NCBI GenBank assembly: GCA_963743495.1
Contig: CAVUPO010000003.1
Location: 259,738-323,737 of the forward strand
Length of the DNA: 64,000 bases
Origin: an uncultured Actinomycetes bacterium
GTDB lineage: Bacteria > Actinomycetota > Thermoleophilia > Gaiellales > Gaiellaceae
Reading direction: 5' to 3'
Shown here: positions 61,536 through 64,000 of the stretch, piece after piece
Layout: every line of letters begins with the position of its first letter
Numbering within the stretch: position 1 is the first letter of the stretch
Notes under the pieces: generated by a model
The model's database searches: none
What the model was told of the DNA's origin: nothing
What the model saw: the letters and a program-made list of their open reading frames with translations, nothing else
Made by a program: the position numbers and the translations under genes

Positions 61536-62720
61536 CTAGCGGGACCCCGCGAGCCGGCCGCGGACGCGGACGGCTTCGAGCATGCCGATGAGGATCAACG
61601 TCGTCATCAGCGAGCTGCCGCCGTACGAGATGAGCGGCAGCGGGATCCCCGTCACCGGGGCGATCCCGATCGTCATGCCGACGTTGATGAAGAGCTGGAT
61701 CAGGAGCGCGAAGACGATCGTCCCGGCGAGGATCGCCGAGTAGAGGTCGCGCGCGACTGCGACGATCTTCGTGCCGCGCCAGATGATCACCGCGAAGAGC
61801 AGAAGCAGGATGGAGGCGCCCACGAAGCCGCGCTGCTCCGCCAGCGAGGAGAAGATGAAATCGGTCGAGTGCTCCGGCAGGTAGTTGAACTTCGTCTGCG
61901 TCGCGTTCGCCTCGCCCCGGCCGTCGAAGCCGCCGGAGCCGACGGCCGTGATCGACTGGTTGACGTTGTAGGTGGAGCCGCTCGGATCGACGTCCGGGTT
62001 GACGAAGCCCGTGAGCCGCTCGCGCTGGTACGGCTCGAGCACGTCGACGCCGGCCGACGGCAGGAACCAGAGCAGGGCGCCGACGACGAGCGCGGCGACG
62101 GCCACCAGCACCACGAGGTGCCGCCAAGGGGTCCCGCCGAAGAAGAGGGCCCCGATGACGATCGCCCCGTAGATCAGCGTCGTCCCGAAGTCGGGCTCCT
62201 TGAAGACGAGCACCATGAGCGGAATGGAGAGGCCGATCACGCCGAAGGTCGTCCCCCACTCCGCAAGCCGGTGGCGGCGGTCGGCGACGAAGCCGGCGAG
62301 TACGACGATCAGGGCGATCTTTCCGAGCTCCGACGGCTGGAAGTTGAAGAAGCCGATCTGGATCCACCGCCTCGATCCGCGCACTTCCTCGGCGAGGACG
62401 AACACGGCGAGGAGCAGGATGATCACCGTGCCGTAGAGCGGCCAGCGGAGGCGCCTGTAGGCGCTCGGGTCGACGGCCGCCGCCAGGGCGAGCAGCACGA
62501 CGCCGCCGGCGACGTAGATCGTCTGGCGGAAGAGGTAGTAGTCGGGGTCGCCCGCGACGTCGTTTTGCGTCACGGACTCGACCACCCAGAGCCCGTAGGC
62601 GAGAAGACCGCCCGTGGCCAGGAGCAAGAGGTAGTCGAGGTGCCGCAGGAAAGCCCCGAGCTCCCACGCGACGGTCTGAGCGCGGGTGGGCTGCGGAATA
62701 CGGGTGACGGGTGTGGCCAT
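61536..62720 (-). CDS. rodA: SEDS family peptidoglycan polymerase (RodA/FtsW type), next to PBP2, so called RodA
   Basis: 394-aa polytopic ORF. FQPSELGKIALIV, PEHSTDFIFS, GIPLPLISYGGSS. Confidence 0.85.
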   Translation of the reverse strand: MATPVTRIPQPTRAQTVAWELGAFLRHLDYLLLLATGGLLAYGLWVVESVTQNDVAGDPDYYLFRQTIYVAGGVVLLALAAAVDPSAYRRLRWPLYGTVIILLLAVFVLAEEVRGSRRWIQIGFFNFQPSELGKIALIVVLAGFVADRRHRLAEWGTTFGVIGLSIPLMVLVFKEPDFGTTLIYGAIVIGALFFGGTPWRHLVVLVAVAALVVGALLWFLPSAGVDVLEPYQRERLTGFVNPDVDPSGSTYNVNQSITAVGSGGFDGRGEANATQTKFNYLPEHSTDFIFSSLAEQRGFVGASILLLLFAVIIWRGTKIVAVARDLYSAILAGTIVFALLIQLFINVGMTIGIAPVTGIPLPLISYGGSSLMTTLILIGMLEAVRVRGRLAGSR

Positions 62721-62729
62721 CGTCGTCGG

Positions 62730-64000
62730 CTAGTCGCTCTGCTGGATGACGGCGGGGTAGCTGCCGGGCTCGACGTTGAAGTACTTCTCGAAGACCTTGA
62801 GCGCGACCGGGGCGGCTGCGGTGCCGCCGTGGCCACCGTTCTCGATCAGGGCGCAGACGGCGATCTCGGGGGAGTCGTAGGGGCCGTACCCGCACCACCA
62901 GGACTGATCCTGGAGCCCCGCGTAGCCCGGCAGCTTCACATACTTCTCGGCGGTTCCCGTCTTGCCGGCGACATCCACAGGGAAGCGCCCGAACACGTCC
63001 TGGGAGGTGCCGTAGCTCGCGTGGGTCGCGTCGTGGAGCCCCGTCTGGACGACCTGGAGGCTCGTCGAGTCGAGCTGGATGTCCTTGGCCGGCTTCGGCG
63101 TGTACGGGCGGAGCACGACCGGCGGCTCGCCCTCGTTCCGCGGCTCCTCGACGCTGCGGACGAGGTGTGGCTCGACGAGCTTCCCGCCGTTGGCGATCAT
63201 CGCGTACCCCCGCGTCATCTGCAGCGGGCTGACGAGCATGTCGCCCTGGCCGATGGCGAGCTGCACGGAGTCGCCACTCGTCCAGATCTTGTCGATCTCG
63301 GTCTTGAAGGTCTTGCGCCGCCAGGCGGGCGTGGGCACGAGGCCCTCGACCTCGGGGCCGACGTCGACGCCCGTCTTCGAGCCGAAGCCCATCGACCGCG
63401 ACCACTTCTGGAGCGGGGAGTCCTTGCGCTGGTAGAAGCGGAGGGCGACGTTGTAGAAGAAGGTGTCGCACGAGTTGGCGAGCGCGGTGGAGACGGTCAT
63501 CGGCTCGTTCTTGTACGGGTCCCAGTTCGAGAACGTCTGGCCGTCGATCTCCTCCTCGCCGGTGCACTGGATGTACTCGTCGGGGCCGAGCAGGCCCTCC
63601 TGCATGGCCGCGAGCGCCACGAACGGCTTGAACGTGGAGCCAGGCGGGTACGAGCCCGCCACCGCCCGGTCCAGCGTCGGGTAGTTCGCGCTCTTGTCGG
63701 CGAGCTTCTTCAGATCGCGCTCCTGGACCCGCCCGACGTAGACGTCGGGATCGAAGGTCGGGTTGGAGGCGAGCGCGAGGATCTCGCCCGTGTTCACGTC
63801 CATGGCCACGAGTGCGCCGCCGTCGGCGTACCACTCGTCCTGCTCGTGGGCGAGTCGGATCCCGTACTCGAGCGCCTCCTCGGCCGTCCGTTGCAGCTCG
63901 ACGTCGATCGTCAGGCGGACGTTGTCACCCGCCTCGGGCAGCTGGCTGAACTCGCGCTCGCTCGTGATGCGCCCGAGCGCGTCGACGAATACGCGCCCCT
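62730..64000 (-). CDS. mrdA: Penicillin-binding protein 2 (transpeptidase), 5' end beyond window edge
   Basis: The frame of ORF 62730..63809 stays open to nt 64000 (VRLTIDVELQRTAEEAL...ALVAMDVNTGEILALAS). STFKPF (SxxK), SCDTFF (SxN-like), KTGTAE (KTG). Confidence 0.85.
   Translation of the reverse strand, partial: GRVFVDALGRITSEREFSQLPEAGDNVRLTIDVELQRTAEEALEYGIRLAHEQDEWYADGGALVAMDVNTGEILALASNPTFDPDVYVGRVQERDLKKLADKSANYPTLDRAVAGSYPPGSTFKPFVALAAMQEGLLGPDEYIQCTGEEEIDGQTFSNWDPYKNEPMTVSTALANSCDTFFYNVALRFYQRKDSPLQKWSRSMGFGSKTGVDVGPEVEGLVPTPAWRRKTFKTEIDKIWTSGDSVQLAIGQGDMLVSPLQMTRGYAMIANGGKLVEPHLVRSVEEPRNEGEPPVVLRPYTPKPAKDIQLDSTSLQVVQTGLHDATHASYGTSQDVFGRFPVDVAGKTGTAEKYVKLPGYAGLQDQSWWCGYGPYDSPEIAVCALIENGGHGGTAAAPVALKVFEKYFNVEPGSYPAVIQQSD

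Overview
This is a very GC-rich bacterial chromosomal segment; third codon positions are almost always G/C. Gene content and order look like core-genome Actinomycetota/Terrabacteria, which is an inference only. I can support about 65 protein genes and 2 tRNAs.

Genes in map order:
- a sulfatase and a secreted protein
- SLT-coaE-rpsA and polA
- a five-gene Liv-type branched-chain amino-acid ABC operon
- tRNA-Leu and pfkA
- a deoC/aldehyde-dehydrogenase operon
- a polar amino-acid ABC operon
- the conserved block era-cdd-dgkA-ybeY-phoH-yqeY-HIT-mtaB-prmA-dnaJ-hrcA-hemW-lepA-murJ
- rpsT, holA-comEC-comEA, and leuS
- a KcsA-like K+ channel and tRNA-Ala
- rsfS-nadD-obg-rpmA-rplU-rne and rodA-mrdA

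I saw no transposase, integrase, CRISPR array, toxin-antitoxin pair or recognisable defence gene. I cannot honestly point to a clear novel system.

The most striking property is that many conserved essential genes are broken by single-base frameshifts in regional clusters. These are most likely assembly indel errors. Features typed pseudogene below should be read that way.

Items worth a second look:
- the tightly coupled deoC operon, which ends in a catalytic-domain-less ALDH-like gene, a degenerate TrpC-like gene and a membrane-fused SpeE-like gene
- a terminator-like hairpin plus a Leu-codon mini-ORF in the leuS leader
- a 459-bp highly structured spacer upstream of the K+ channel
- a DgkA-PAP2 fusion
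- basic low-complexity tails on L21 and RNase E
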